Shown here: in pieces, positions 1 through 13,429 of the stretch
Numbering within the stretch: position 1 is the stretch's first letter
Layout of the letters: every line of letters starts with the position of its first letter
Assembly (NCBI GenBank): GCA_000320545.1
Contig: ADNK01000324.1
Location: 1 to 53,995 of the forward strand
Source of the DNA: Bigelowiella natans CCMP2755
Lineage: Eukaryota; Protista; Cercozoa
Direction: 5' to 3'
DNA: 53,995 bases
Position numbers and translations under genes: made by a program
The notes under the pieces: generated by a model
What the model was told of the DNA's origin: nothing
Database searches by the model: none
The model's input: the letters and a program-made list of their open reading frames with translations, nothing else

Positions 1-36
1 CACACACACACACACAACAACACACACACACAACAA

Positions 37-82
<46 letters not shown>
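1..82. repeat. intronic (CA)n/(GA)n microsatellite, representative of dozens of intronic SSRs and poly-G/C tracts in the window
   Basis: Directly visible. Similar tracts at 283-348, 1866-1900, 3490-3530, 7225-7270, 11910-11970, 22300-22340, 40575-40735, 44720-44775 and 50930-51025. Confidence 0.95.
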
Positions 83-85
<3 letters not shown>

Positions 86-278
86 AAATATATTAAAAAA
101 GGGAGGGGGAAGTTCGTGTTCTCTAGTGATGTTTTCGAGCGCGACACACCCTCTCCACCAAAAGCCAGTCCGAAATCACCTGACATCGTATGCAAAACAA
201 ACGTGTGCACAAACGCACGCGAACACGCGGAGATAGACCGTAGCAATAAAACTAGAGAACAACACTCATAACACACAC

Positions 279-329
<51 letters not shown>

Positions 330-1861
330 GATAGAGATAGAGAGAGAGAGTTCAAAATTCCACATACCCAATTTAACGTTCTCCTTACTGTCGATGAATA
401 TATTTGCTGGCTTCAAATCACGGTGGATGATTCCCTTCTTGTGTATGTGGTCAATAGCCTCGAGCAGCTGGCGAAAGAGCCGCCAGGCCTTCTTCGGATC
501 GTTGTGCGCTTCCTGGTTCTTTATCACGTCCTGCAGAGTTTTGTTGGGGCAGAACCTGCGAGATGGAATATGAGAATATACCAAGAGGAAAAAAGGGGGG
601 GGGGGGGGGTTGGACGGGTTTCCCCCAGTTATATGCTTTTTGGCAGTAGTCGAGTACTCTGCTCCTTGCGTTGGTATGATTCTCATTTTCCTCGTTTTGG
701 CATGATCGCATTTCTGCTATATCGAAAAAAGAAATGCACACTCCCTCCATCTGGATGAAAAGCCACTCCTTGTTCGCTGTAAAAACGGGGTTTGAGCGAC
801 AGAATCAGGAGGAGACGTTGAAGAGGGGGGCGGGGGGCGGGGGGCGAGGCAAAGACGGCATGCTCACTTTCCTGGAGATCGTAAAAAACATGCGCACAAA
901 ACAGGCATCACCGCCATGGCTTTTATTACCCCCATTCCCCGAGGATGAGAGCTCCTCCTTTCCGATCTCCGACGTTTGCATAAAATCCCCATCGTCGGCT
1001 TCTCCAGCCAGCCCCGCGGTATCGTCGTTTTCGAGGTTATCGAGGAACTGCGCGGCCTCGTTGTTGGCGAAGAAGATCACGTCGCCTGTTGTTGGGGAAA
1101 AGACCGCAAAAACACCCCAAAATCATAAGGATCGCTGAAAGCTCCAACGAGGCAGCACGGGGGGTAGTGCGAGGCCCACCGTGAATGCACTTATATGTCG
1201 TTGAGGCTGATATTAGGGTGAGAAAGACTCGAATCTCTCCGCCGTACCGTGAGTAATGACATTTCGAGAGCTGACTTCATCGCCGTTGTCCCCGTCGGCA
1301 TCGTCTCCCTTCCCCGCAGCAGAGCCTTCGCTCGGGGGGTCGTCGCCATTGACTCTTTCCTTCTTGCCCTCGCCACCGCCACCCCCCCTCTCTCCTCCTC
1401 GCACGTTCTTCTCCTTCGTTCTCTCTAGACTGCTGCTGACGTCTGAAAGACAACCCTCGCCGAACCCTGAAGTAAAGCGCGTCGTGTGTGTCGCGAATAT
1501 CACTAGTGCACGACTATCTGCTGCTGCTGCTGCTGTTGTTGTTATTATACGGATTGTTGTTTTGTGATTGCTTGCGGCTACAGCTACAAGCGCAACTACC
1601 GAGCGCCCTCATCTTCTCGTAAGGGTCTATAGATTCGACCCAGCTGTGATAGTACCTACGCATTGCATTGACGCGTAAAAGCAAGAAAAAACGATCAATG
1701 GCACCGTTGTTTGAGGGACAACGGAGACACGGAGGAAGACCCATTCAGGGCCGCTTGTCGTGCAAGTGAAATGGCCACTCTTCAGCGCAGAATCTATACC
1801 ATCTGCGACTCCCTTGGAAGTATGCGCGAATGGGGAGAGAGTACAGGTATATATATGCAGG

Positions 1862-1908
<47 letters not shown>

Positions 1909-3491
1909 TATAGATATAGTATCTCAAGTGTGCGACGGTACGAATTAGGGCCACTTCAGATGTTTTCTCTATGTTAATTGTATGTAGAACCAGTACCGAA
2001 CGATGGATTTGTGGTTGAGAGATGCAGGGTAGTGATCTCCTGCCGCGCCGACATGTACGCGCTGCTCCCTGTTATTCCACAAACAGTATTATATCCAATA
2101 GAGTAGGTATTGGGAGGGGGGGCAACTAGTCTTAGCCGTGCTACTCTGTCGCACCGAGCTTCATTTCGTTTAACTTTTCTTCGGAATATTACGAAGGTAA
2201 CTTTAATTCGTATCGTCTATATTAACACACGCACGCACGCACACATACACATATGCATGCTAGCATGCGCTATGCCCGATTACGCAGAGGAATGATCTTG
2301 ATTGCGTATTCCTTCTCATCCAGGTTGTATCTGCCCACAGCAATGGCGTTAATTGGATCACAATGCAAACCCTTCAATCTGCGATGTTCTTCATCTTCCC
2401 TTCCCGGTGAGAGGAATGGAAGAAATCAATTCGCAAACGCGAAGAGTAGTTGAAAAACCATGAACACTTTTCCCTCCACAATAAAGCGAGGCGATCTCAG
2501 GTATCTGTGCGGCGAAATTTCCATATTTCAGTGGAAAGCACCTACTATTACTTACTTTGCTCGGACGACGGAACCGAACCCCCCCTTGCCTAGAATTCCA
2601 GTGATTGTGTATTCGTGAATGAAACGCGACGATTGGCTTTTCTTGTCGTTGTTCTTCGTCCCGACAGCAGCGAAGGTATGGCCACGTCAACCGCAAATGT
2701 CATCGCCAACAACAGCAGAGAACAAAGAATAGTTGGGAGAAAAATTGAAGGAGGAGGAGGAGGATTAGGAGAGTACAAACACGCAATGAGAGAAATCAAT
2801 ATCTTTCATACATCGGCAATCAAGGTGTCTCCCCTCTTTTCTACTCAAATAAAGCTGTAGTATTCGCAAAGCAAAACCAGCAGAGTAGTACACAGTGCCG
2901 CGGAAACCGCAACAAAAACCGCTAAGACATGATCACATCTATGGACGCAATACTTGCAAATGATGATTCACCTCTTTATCTTTTCTTTCTTCCGATCCGT
3001 CGCTGGTCCTACATTTGTCGGCGTGTCAGGAGGAAGAGGAGGGGGAGAAGGGGAGAGGAGGGGAGGGGCAGGCATAAGAACGAAGAAGGGGTTGAAGAAG
3101 AACAACAACAACAAGAAGCTCACAACCAATCCATTCTTGGTCAGATTCAGTTTGAAGGAGATATACAATGCGAAAATACCACACATATGTGAAATACACC
3201 GGCCAAATATTTGTACGAGCGGCCTCTCAGCATGTTACATGTGCTTCTAATAGAAGAGCTCGCACGCACAGAGTTAGGCGCGCGCGCGCAAATCACAGGT
3301 TTTTACGGCACATGATGAGATCCTGGAAGAGCGCGTTCTGTCGAAGCTCGTGGTCGTCTCGTTTCTTCTTATCTAAGGAAATCATGCCAGGAATGTATTG
3401 GGTGAATATCCTAACGGTGCTGCAACGTTAATTAAAATGGGCATTGGTAAGATTCCATCTAAAAACAATCACAAACACACACGAACACACG

Positions 3492-3532
<41 letters not shown>

Positions 3533-5160
3533 GCAAGCAAGATATACTACAAATGGCAACATAAGCAACACTTCCGAACGGTGCTACGCAGCAACGACGC
3601 AAACACGGCTACAATCGTGTATTCGCAGGAACCAAAACCATCAGTGCGATTTGCTTCTAATTTTGGAATCTGATTTGCACGATGGTGCTAAACAACTGTG
3701 ACGTACCATCATCATCATCATCATCACCACCACCACCCTCCTCCTCCTCCTCCTTCTCCTCCTCAGCATCATCATTATTCCCATACCATGCCAATCTTCC
3801 ACCCCTCCCCAGTCATCTTCTTCATCGTCGTCGTCATCATCTTCGGCGCTGCCGAATTCTGTCGGAGATGGTGCGCAGTTAGGTGGGGGAAGCGTTAAGG
3901 GAGAACGAGGAAGAAAGAAAGAGAAATGTAGAGGGCGGGGAAGAGAAAAAAAGATTGGGGGGGGGGGGGGGAGGGTAGATAGAGCTCCAAGTAAAAAGGG
4001 ATTCCTTTCCGAACCATAGTCGTCGTTCTCGTCTCCAGCAGCGCATGCAGTGCCCCTCTTCCTTTCACCACTAGCCGCCTTCTACATAAGCAGCAAAGCG
4101 TATGTTTAAGAAGTTTCATCGGCGGTCGTCATTCGTGCTAGCGGCTGTTATCGTCGTTGTCATATGAATTCATGTTTGGCACTGTCGCGATGGACTTGGA
4201 ACGCAAAACAACGGCCCAAAAAAACGGTAAGGCAGCAGCTTTTGGCCCGATCACGGGAAGCTCTCGCTTTTAATTCTTACCTCTGACTCCGGTAGGCCGA
4301 CACCAAACGGCTGAGCGGTAGAACATAAAAGGTTAAACTTTCTCACGACACCGGAACGCTACATTAGCTTGTATGAAGCGCTTTCCATACTTCTGGCTCG
4401 CAAGATACAAGAAATGTGTAGCATGATTTCAATGAATGGCGCTGTCTAACTTCCTGCCGTTGTTGCTCTATAAAAGGGCTAACCCCCCTCCAAACTGGCT
4501 TTAGGTACACCAATTGAAGGACACGAAATCTCGAAATTCATGCGAAAATCATCTCAAATTTCTGGGGCCTGCGACGTGGCGATTTGCCTTGAAAACACGG
4601 ATGGTTTCAGGGCTGCCGGCACATCTTCAAGTTGTATTGTTACGAAATTCATCCTCGCGCAACACTCTGCTGTGTACGTTCGGAACCTCCTTATCGCTGC
4701 CCATTATGACGCCCATCCGCGCTGAAAGCACAGTATCATAGACACTCTCTTAACTTCAAAGGGCGGCGGCTATACGTGCGGTGCTCATTGTGCTCTAACG
4801 CTGTCGCACCGTCCTTTTGAGCTAATTCTTGCCGTCGTTTCTTCTGCAGCTGCTTTCGGCTTTGCTTGCGCCTCTCCTGACAACGTGTGGTTGATGGTCA
4901 GGGTGTCGCAAAGGGCCAAGGGTTATTTTGAGAGCTTTCAAGATATATCTCTGTGCGTTCTGTCGAGAAAGCGCTAGTGGCATTTGCGGATTTCGATAAT
5001 GCGGGCGATTTGAGATGTGTTGCTTTGTCTTAGAACCTTCTCGATCTGCTTCATAAGAGCTAGGTTCTTTTCCTCTTGGTCGCGTTCCTGCAGAGAGGAG
5101 GAGGGGGGTTAAGGGGGGGGGGGGGGGGGGGGATTGATCCAACATTGATCGAAGAAGCAA

Positions 5161-5197
<37 letters not shown>

Positions 5198-5531
5198 CAA
5201 TATACGGGAAAGACGAGCGTGATATCAATTCATAGTTGCACATGCTATTCTCATGCGAACGAAGGAGGGCCGAGAGGACAGCGGCAGTCCGAATTTGGAA
5301 TCGGTTCTCGCTCACGACATGGGGGTCAAGCTATGGAAGTGAATATGAAGGAGGCTGACAACTGAGGCAGTACATGTTCTTTCCTCATCTTATCCATGAG
5401 TCTTTGCTGTCTCTCCTGATTATTATCATCGTAGGGATGCTGATGCTGCTGCTGATGCTGCTGATGATGGTGATGATGATGATGATGGTAGTGGTGGGGT
5501 TTCTTGTTCAAAGACGAGTAGTTAGTTGCGG

Positions 5532-5568
<37 letters not shown>

Positions 5569-5798
5569 TATACAAATGCATCCTCTCTTTCTCTCTTTCT
5601 CTCTTTCTCTCTTTCTCTCTCTCTCTCCCTCCCTCCCTCCCTCCCTCCCCCATTGTATGCGTGGTGTAGTGCAAGACCCTTCCTCCTTCTGCCGCATTTC
5701 CATCTCTTCGTGAACGGTGACGCTATTTCTGTTTTCAAAACAAACAGAAAATTGCCGCAGCAACACCTCACCCCGAGCGCCATTGGGTTTCGCCGATA

Positions 5799-5837
<39 letters not shown>

Positions 5838-6154
5838 CCCTCCCACACTAGAAACTGTTTCCCTCTTTTTCCCACCACATTCACTACTCATGTGAGCCGA
5901 CCTTACAGCTTCCAGTCGCTTCTCTAAGATGAGCTGCGCCTCCTGGAGGACGTTGTAAATCGCTTCCGAGTAATCGGCCGCATAATCGTGCATCATGCCT
6001 TCGGTATTGTCGGCCCCGACAATTGCAAAGAGTAGCATACGAATGAGGGTGGGGAGGTGACATGTACGACACTAGTAGAGAAGAAATCTGTGTAGACCTA
6101 CTACCCATCACTTGTCCACCATTATTTGCTATTTTATTCGCTTTTTGCGGTAGC

Positions 6155-6189
<35 letters not shown>

Positions 6190-7221
6190 CACTAATACTA
6201 CAACAAATACTGTGACCTTGCGTCTTTGAACCTAAATTCTTGATATCTTTCTCTTCGAGCACCGCCTCGTAGCTGCAAATATTCGGAGCCATAAAGGGTG
6301 AACACGCAGAGAGGAGAGGAAAAGGAGTCGGGATGATAATGAATTTCAATTGTGATTAATATTGTTATCATTTCTACTACTACTACTAATAGTAATAGTA
6401 ATAATAATGCAGCGACGGCTATAGGAGAAGTGCCCTTCCCTGCGCGCTTTGCATACAAGGAAGGAAATTGCTAAAGAACGTTGTTCTAGGTCGCATCAGG
6501 CAACCGATGGTGAATGTATATTGTTATTATCTCTATTCAAAAAAATCCCAGTAGTGTTAGTTGCATTGATGTGCTGCTTTACCCCCATTCCTTGCCCTTC
6601 CGCCCCCCCCCCCCAACCTTTCCCCCAATCACAAGACCCTCACCCTGTGAGCGGCTGGAATTGGATCTCCGGCGGCGATTTTTGCGGGTAGCTTCTTGGC
6701 AGTTTCACGTCAACGCGGACTGGTGGTGATGGCAAAAAGGAAAATAGGAAAAAATGTTCCACTATGTACTTCTACAAATGTGTGCTCAGCTGAATGAAGT
6801 CAATAAGATAACGTGATTGTCAACGACACCTGCAATGCCGGGTAACACCGCACTTTTCGATTGCGAGCTCTCACCGTCATCCCACTTTACGCGCACCCTA
6901 ATTATGACATGGTGCTTGTCATCAAAGTTGCTTGTGCCTCAACAACTCTCATTTTCACATCATTTGAACACGGTAGTGATCCCGAGAGATACCATTCTCA
7001 TTACCAGTAGTGCACGCCATTCTCCCACCTAATCGGCAAAATACATTAAGAAGCCATGAGTAATATGGTGAGAATAAAGCTTGTTAGCGGGGACAATCAG
7101 TACCGGTGATCGTTTACTCTGTGGAAGTCATCCTGCCGAACCAAATATCCATAAAATCATTGCCTGGCTCCAGAGAATTTGATTCCTCTCTCTTATACAT
7201 CAACAACCTTCCCTCTTTCTC

Positions 7222-7274
<53 letters not shown>

Positions 7275-7510
7275 GTTTCATTCTTCTTCTTCCTCCAACT
7301 CTCTTCCTCTCTCTCACTACTCCGGGATCACCTGATACATTGAAGACAGAGCATCGATCTCCGTCTGAATGATGTGGAAGCAAAAGACAGTTGAAAGCTG
7401 CACGCGGGCGCGCCGATTCTTGCTATGCTCTTTCGGAATGAAAAACCAATCGACAATACTACCCTTTGCTCATTGGGGATTTTAAGCTGTGAGGTAGGGA
7501 TCGTCGTCAT
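1..7510 (-). CDS. GCN2: eIF2-alpha kinase GCN2 (multi-exon; RWD domain, charged region, kinase domain; 3' part lies beyond the window edge)
   Basis: Hand-spliced exons. RWD start MTTIPTSQLKIPNEQR|TEIDALSSMYQ (7510-7337); RWD YPxxxP motif VKLPRSYPQKSPPEIQF (~6645-6725); post-RWD VHEEMEMRQKE|ERQQRLMDKMRKE as in animal GCN2. Kinase motifs: SRFIHEYTITGILGKGGFGSVVRAK (~2555-2640), RYNLDEKEYAIKII (~2290-2335), LNHKSIVR|YYHSWVE, an acidic insert, WLFIQME|FCPNKTL, IIHRDLKPANIFID (368-555) and G|DFGLA (179-150). Two apparent lesions are described under findings. Confidence 0.87.
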
Positions 7511-7829
7511 CTTTGACTCAAAACCCTGTCCGCCCCCGTTCTGGTCGAGCTAACTTTGTCGTAGTCCTCATGAGGCGCCCGCAGCCTATCTCCATCCACC
7601 AAATACACGCAGAGTGTCAGTTTTCAATTAACACTACCCGCTTGCCGGGGGGGTTGGCCCCGCGAGGTTGCAAGCGCTGCACAGTATCACCAGTCTATTT
7701 CGGGGGTAGGAGGGTTGCTCTCCTCCGGTCTCGGCTCGTCTCACAGAGGAGTTGGCGTGGCATTTTACCGGAACGTTCTGAAATGATCCCATGACAGTTT
7801 TGCCACTGCGACAAGCCGATTCCATGTCG

Positions 7830-8250
7830 TTATTCAAAAATGACAAGCCAATAGAGTGGAAGGAAGAAACCGGCGGCTGGACCACAACGACAGGGCTGCG
7901 TTGATGTCTCGCTTATTCGCTCCTCGCATCTGTTCGTGGCGCCGACGAGCTCGGAAGTTGCATGCGGATTTTCGCACCAGGGAGTCCTCGCTGTTTTCAG
8001 CTCGAGGTGTGTTGCGTTTCGCACTTTGCAAGTGTCATGCAACACTTTGGAAATGTAGTCCATGAACATAGTTTCTTTCTTGCTTTCTTTCTTCACGCCA
8101 GCACACAATGGCTAGCACGGCGACGTGTTGTCAGTCACGTTGCCTTGCTGGCTTTCTGGCTTTGCCCCAGAACCTTGGATGGCAGGTTTGATGTTCAATG
8201 TTCAATGCTTGAAGAGGTCGAAAAACTTGATTCGTTTGGAAGTTGAATCT
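7830..8250 (-). pseudogene. degenerate coding remnant inside a TpA-depleted domain
   Basis: ORF 7830-8108 (KKETMFMDYISKVLHDTCKVRNATHLELKTARTPWCENPH...) reads like a globular protein if Cys/His are reverted to Tyr. Stops or frameshifts lie upstream. No family recognised. Confidence 0.3.
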
Positions 8251-8520
8251 GCATTGCACCTTGTTCATGAACAAACCAACTAGCCAACATCAAGCGAAAG
8301 CTGTGAGTCAAACCTGAATGACCACTCACCTGCATGTGATCGATGTGTCACAGCATGCGAAGCGCGACAACAAGTGCTGCATCGAACGATGCGCACTGCA
8401 CTGGGAAGGAGCATCTAGCTAGGCTGCGGGCGCTAGGTTTGCATGGATCGATGCCAGCAGCATCTCTACAGCCCTGTGAGGCTACACAGCGCACAGGCAA
8501 CATGTGTGCTTTTGACCTGG
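7920..8520. other. TpA-depleted domain (CTAG spared)
   Basis: Hand count of about 9 TA dinucleotides in 600 bp, all in CTA or TAG context (5 CTAG). CpG is still present. Confidence 0.8.
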
Positions 8521-8756
8521 TACGCTCTATAGCTAGATAGCCCTATGAGGCTATATACATCAGCCCGCGCAACGGCGGCGCACGTCAATGCAAAATCAAG
8601 GGCTCTTGCGCAGCCCAGTACGCGTTTCAAGGGAATGTGCATTCAGAGTTTATGATTGCCATGTGCTGCAGTGCGTGGCAGTGTTGAGAGGCTACGTGCC
8701 ATGTACTTGTGATCGTTGATCAACAATCAAAAAATGCATCGCAGATGATAGCTTAT

Positions 8757-9840
8757 CTACCAAGGAATTTCCAACCCATCCTCACAGTTGATGAATTTCC
8801 CGTTAGATTCCCCAGTTTCTTCTAGATTGATGATCTGCAATAATGACAATAACAATGATAAGAAGATGGTGAGGAAGGGGCGGAGTGGAGGAAACGAGGG
8901 AAATCTTCCAAATAGCGAGTGGAGGGAGAATGATTTGAAGTTTAATGTTTTAGGCGACTTAGTTGCAGTATTATTTTCATCATTACCTCGTGACAGACAC
9001 GTTTAGCTCCAATTGCAGCGTCTACAGCCCCTTCCTCTTCCCTAGGAAATTACAAGTCGACACACCGCAGCAATCTTGGTCATTATCGGTTTTAGCACGT
9101 TGCTCATCGCGTCATAAGCTAGATGGAAAAACACGGTCCACACTATTACAACTCCCAATAACTCTATCATTCTATCGACATCTCCACAATCAGAACTGTC
9201 ATTCTAAGCGAGCTTATCCCTCTCCTTTACTCTCCACAGTATGGGGTCCCGTGAGTGGCATCGTGTGGCGCCGCACATAACTCCTCACCAGATGTGCTGG
9301 TACTTCTCCGTCATCTTTGTCTTGTTGAATCCGGGGTGCAATATCACAACTTTGATGCCCTTCCCCTGAAAATCGGGGAGCGGATGATGGTAAAGGAGAA
9401 ATGGAAATTAGAGCAAAGACAACGGCTGCGACCGCGCGTCGCAGAGTCTCCGGCGAATCAAATCTCAAAAAATAGAATGTACATGCCTGTTTCTAATTTG
9501 AAGTATATACGATTCGGGATGTCACAAATACTATCCCCCACCCCCCACCCCCCATTATTATCACTGTGAAAAACTTCTTAGAGCGTAGTAAACAATCATC
9601 TTATCAGCCATTCTTTCTCCTAAATCCCTCGTAGTAACAGGCTGGCGAGCCCCACAACCGTTTCACCTTGAGCTCAATGGCCATAAGCTTTCCCATCATG
9701 TTCGCAGCGCACTTGCTCATGTGATGCCCGTAGTCGAAAGGGCCGCCTTCGTTTTGGACATCGCGCCACTCGATGGAACCCCCTTGAGACGTAATCATGA
9801 CGACACTCCCTCCCTCTGCCATCAACCCTGCAACGCCAGC

Positions 9841-9872
<32 letters not shown>

Positions 9873-10299
9873 CAACAACAACATCAACAACGACGACGAT
9901 GAACATGGGTCACCCATGCATGCGGCAATACTGAACACGCTTGGAAACCGTACGCGTGGTGTAAACGGATGGGAGGAGTAATGTTTGGCCGCCATTAAAA
10001 CTGATTCCCATGTTCGCCTTGACATCGAGATCACAATCTCCCAACACACAGTCCTCCGTCAGGGCTGATAAGACTAGAGGCATCACCTGCGTTTACGATG
10101 GCGGCGGTAGTGCGAAGCGGGCCGATGGCGCAAATATCTGGCGAACATCAAGGGAGGGCAGGTCCATTTCCATGGTATTAATTGTAATGGTGGTCACCGA
10201 GACGGATGCTACAGGCATCAGCTTATGCATCCTCGTCTGAGCATGCACCAGCAGCATATTGATTGACACCTTTTGCAGCATCTTCATCAACCTTCAGTC

Positions 10300-10340
<41 letters not shown>

Positions 10341-11228
10341 TCTCTCTCTCCTTCTCTGCACACCCACCTATCATCTTGAGTTCCTCTTCAAAGTTCAGTG
10401 AATCTATGTACCTGAGGGGGGGGATACGGAATAGCGCGTAAAGAGAGATTTAAGATGACTAGCAGCGCTCGGTCATGGAGGCGGCTGTATCATCTCCCGA
10501 TTCATCGTTTGTCCCTCTCTCACTATGCTGTTACGTTCTTACTCGGGCTCCCTCATGAAGTAGCCAGCGTTCTATGACAGGGCAGTGTTGATACAAACAA
10601 ATATTAGTCAGTGCAACTATGATAATAGTCTGTGGTACAGTGGTGGTGGTGATGGTGGTGGTGATGATGATGATGATGATGATGATGATAATGACGGTGA
10701 TGATTATAATGGTGATGCTGAGAGAATTAGAAAACAGCAGCAACAGCGATACACCGGCACTGTACTTGCGAACAGAAATATCCTTGATGGTCGCAGTTTT
10801 TTGGTTTGGGTGCGTTTGTGTGGAGGGGGCACATGGGAAGCAGAATAAGAAGGAGGGGTGGATAAAAGGACATCTTTTCACATTCACTACATTCACGATA
10901 ATGTCGATCTTCTCGCCCTTGAGCTCCTCTGCTAGCTTCTTCATAGAATCGTCGTCCGTCACATCAATCCCTGACACAATCTGAATAATTTGCATGGGGG
11001 AGATTATGAGGAAACAGAGGAGAGGATGGAGACCAACAGAATATCGTCATCATCGTCTTCCTCTCTCCCATACACTCTTTATTTTCTTTCCCGCAGCATA
11101 GCACCTTGTAAAAGTTGCACTCCTCTGGAGGGGGGGAGCTACGAGTAGTGCCGATAACCTAGTTGATAGTTTGTGATAGACGATTATCATAGCTGTAGTG
11201 GTGTGTCATGACAAGAGAGAGAAGAGAG

Positions 11229-11279
<51 letters not shown>

Positions 11280-11902
11280 CCTCCTGTTGATGTCGATGAT
11301 TATAGTGATAATAACAATTATCATGATACTTAAGTTCATGCGACTCCTTTGCATCTACCTTAGCACCCTGGTTAATCATTTCCTGAGAGATTTGAAGACC
11401 AAGACCGCGGTTCGCTCCTGTTTGATTCACAATTTTGCATGAACAATGGATTGTTAAACATAATGGATAAAATGAAATTACAACCGCAAGGCGATGACAT
11501 TTTCGAAAATGGCGTTAAAATACCGACTACTCCTCTTTTTTCTCTCAGTGAGGATGGTGCGGGAACGTAAAAGGGGATACACATTGAAGTGGTAGTTGTA
11601 GTGACACAATCGCTTGATATTTACTTACCAGTGACGAGGATCGTCTTTCCTTTCAACTGACATATTAGCAGATAACACGTAGATTATCGGTTGATTACAA
11701 AGGGCTAAGAAGCCAACCGTGGCACTGAAACATGTTGTTGTTGTCAGTACGATCACCTTAGTTCCATCGTAAACAGAATCGATGTCAAGAATCCTCTGGT
11801 TATCCGATTTGATAGCGTCAGCGTTACGTCTCTTCTGATTCGGGTCAGAAAACCTAAGAGATTAGTGACAATCTTAATCAATGTGTGTGTGTTGTATGTA
11901 TT

Positions 11903-11960
<58 letters not shown>

Positions 11961-12377
11961 TGTGTGTGTGTGTTTGTGTATATTTGTGTATGTATATATT
12001 TATGTACGAGCGCACACACGTTACCGAATTCCTTGAGTAGCCACGATGCTTGCCCCCACTCTCATCCCATTATTCATTTGGCGAACGCGAGGTGTGCGGA
12101 ACGGCGTCATTCTCGCAGACACAGAACGAGTACTCACACGGGGCGCGTGTTGCAGAAAGGCTGTCGGAGTAGCAGAAGAAGAATGGGAACTGCTGTGTAG
12201 AAAGAAAGGTAAGTGGTTTATTTCTCAGCAAAAATCTGGAACTTTGGCATGCAGCAGCAGAAAGTACGGAGAATGACATAAAAGGAAAAAATACAACCGA
12301 AGAAGCAGATAGAGAAGAGTGCATCCTAGGATAGCCGTTGTCACCAATGAAAGAGTCTGAGCCGACGAAGCCTTCAT
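8757..12377 (-). CDS. short-chain dehydrogenase/reductase, CsgA/C-factor-like, with bipartite (signal + transit-like) presequence; probably plastid-targeted
   Basis: Exons: MKASSAQTLSLVTTAILGCTLLYLLLR|SHSSSATPTAFLQHAPRVSTRSVSARMTPFRTPRVR...; RILDIDSVYDGTK|LKGKTILVT|GANRGLG (TGxxxGxG); IDIIVN|NAG; ICAIGPLRTT; VVMITSQGGSI; YGHHMSK; VILHPGFNKTKMT; GKFINCEDGLEIPW* (stop at 8757). Confidence 0.9.
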
Positions 12378-13146
12378 TCTGAATCGAGCTGACAAAAACA
12401 CTAAATGTGTTATTTTTGGACAGGAGGAAATCAAAACACATCCAAATAGAAAAGTGGCCCGAACAAACAAGCATTTATCGCATCTTTAAATCAACAGAAA
12501 ACCATTGCAAAAATGGTGACTCATAGAGTACAGAAAATAATAGTCTCGAGGGTCTACTTGCACGGACAGGGGTGATGGCGAGTGGCAGGCACCTGTGACG
12601 AGGTATGCGCACGAGGACACGGGGTATTTCCTATATATTCCGACTAAAAACGAAGTCGTCGTAATAAAACGACATGCTATTTGCGGTTGGTTAAGGACAG
12701 AAAAGGATGGAATTTCTGAAATCTTTCTCCTACTGTAAGGCCGAGTTCACAAAGAATCGGCCTTGATTCACTCTGTGCGACTGGCTAGAAAGCAGTTAAT
12801 TTCAGCTGACTCCCCGAGAGAAAAAGCCGATCGAGAAGTGGGTAATTTGATGTTCCCGAATGTTGTTTTCCTGGATCGCACAGAAAGTAGGCTTTGAGGC
12901 AACATCCATTTTCAGCTCAGAGATAAGAAATCTTCCTCTTTTTCGCTTAGAATTCCCTTTGTTTAATTCCTACGACAAGCAAAGAATGATGCAACATTTT
13001 CTCGCACCGCGAGATTCGTGCACCCTACTCGCTCGGCGCCGTCCAGACTTGCCGACACGCCACTCTGCAGATGCAAGGTACCGTTGAAATTCAAAAGGAC
13101 GTTTGCTTCTTCCGCGTTTTTTGTTTATAGAGTTCTTTGATGAGAT

Positions 13147-13389
13147 ATGGTTGTTCTGCGACCTGTTATCTCAAACATGACAATTCTGGGAAGCCAAAAA
13201 CATGATCTCACACTCGTAGGTGTGAGTGAGGATGTAACAGAGCAACAGGGCAGATTTGAATTCGTGCAGAAAAGCTCCCGGATCGGGTTATGTACACCTC
13301 TAGAGCGCTTCGATGGAGCCATGAGGGAGATGTTCAAAGATGAGTTCGTGACATCAACATCATTATTTATACACACATTTAATGTTCAT

Positions 13390-13429
<40 letters not shown>

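Noticed and set aside
1627-1954. ORFs with YIYIYI, SLSLSL, ERERER, HTHTHT or poly-Val/Met runs throughout the ORF track
   Set aside because: They are translations of intronic microsatellites, not proteins.
4800-7510. Separate RWD-domain gene distinct from the kinase
   Set aside because: The post-RWD HEEM..RQ...QRL motif and continuous same-strand exons match GCN2 architecture, so it was merged into one gene.
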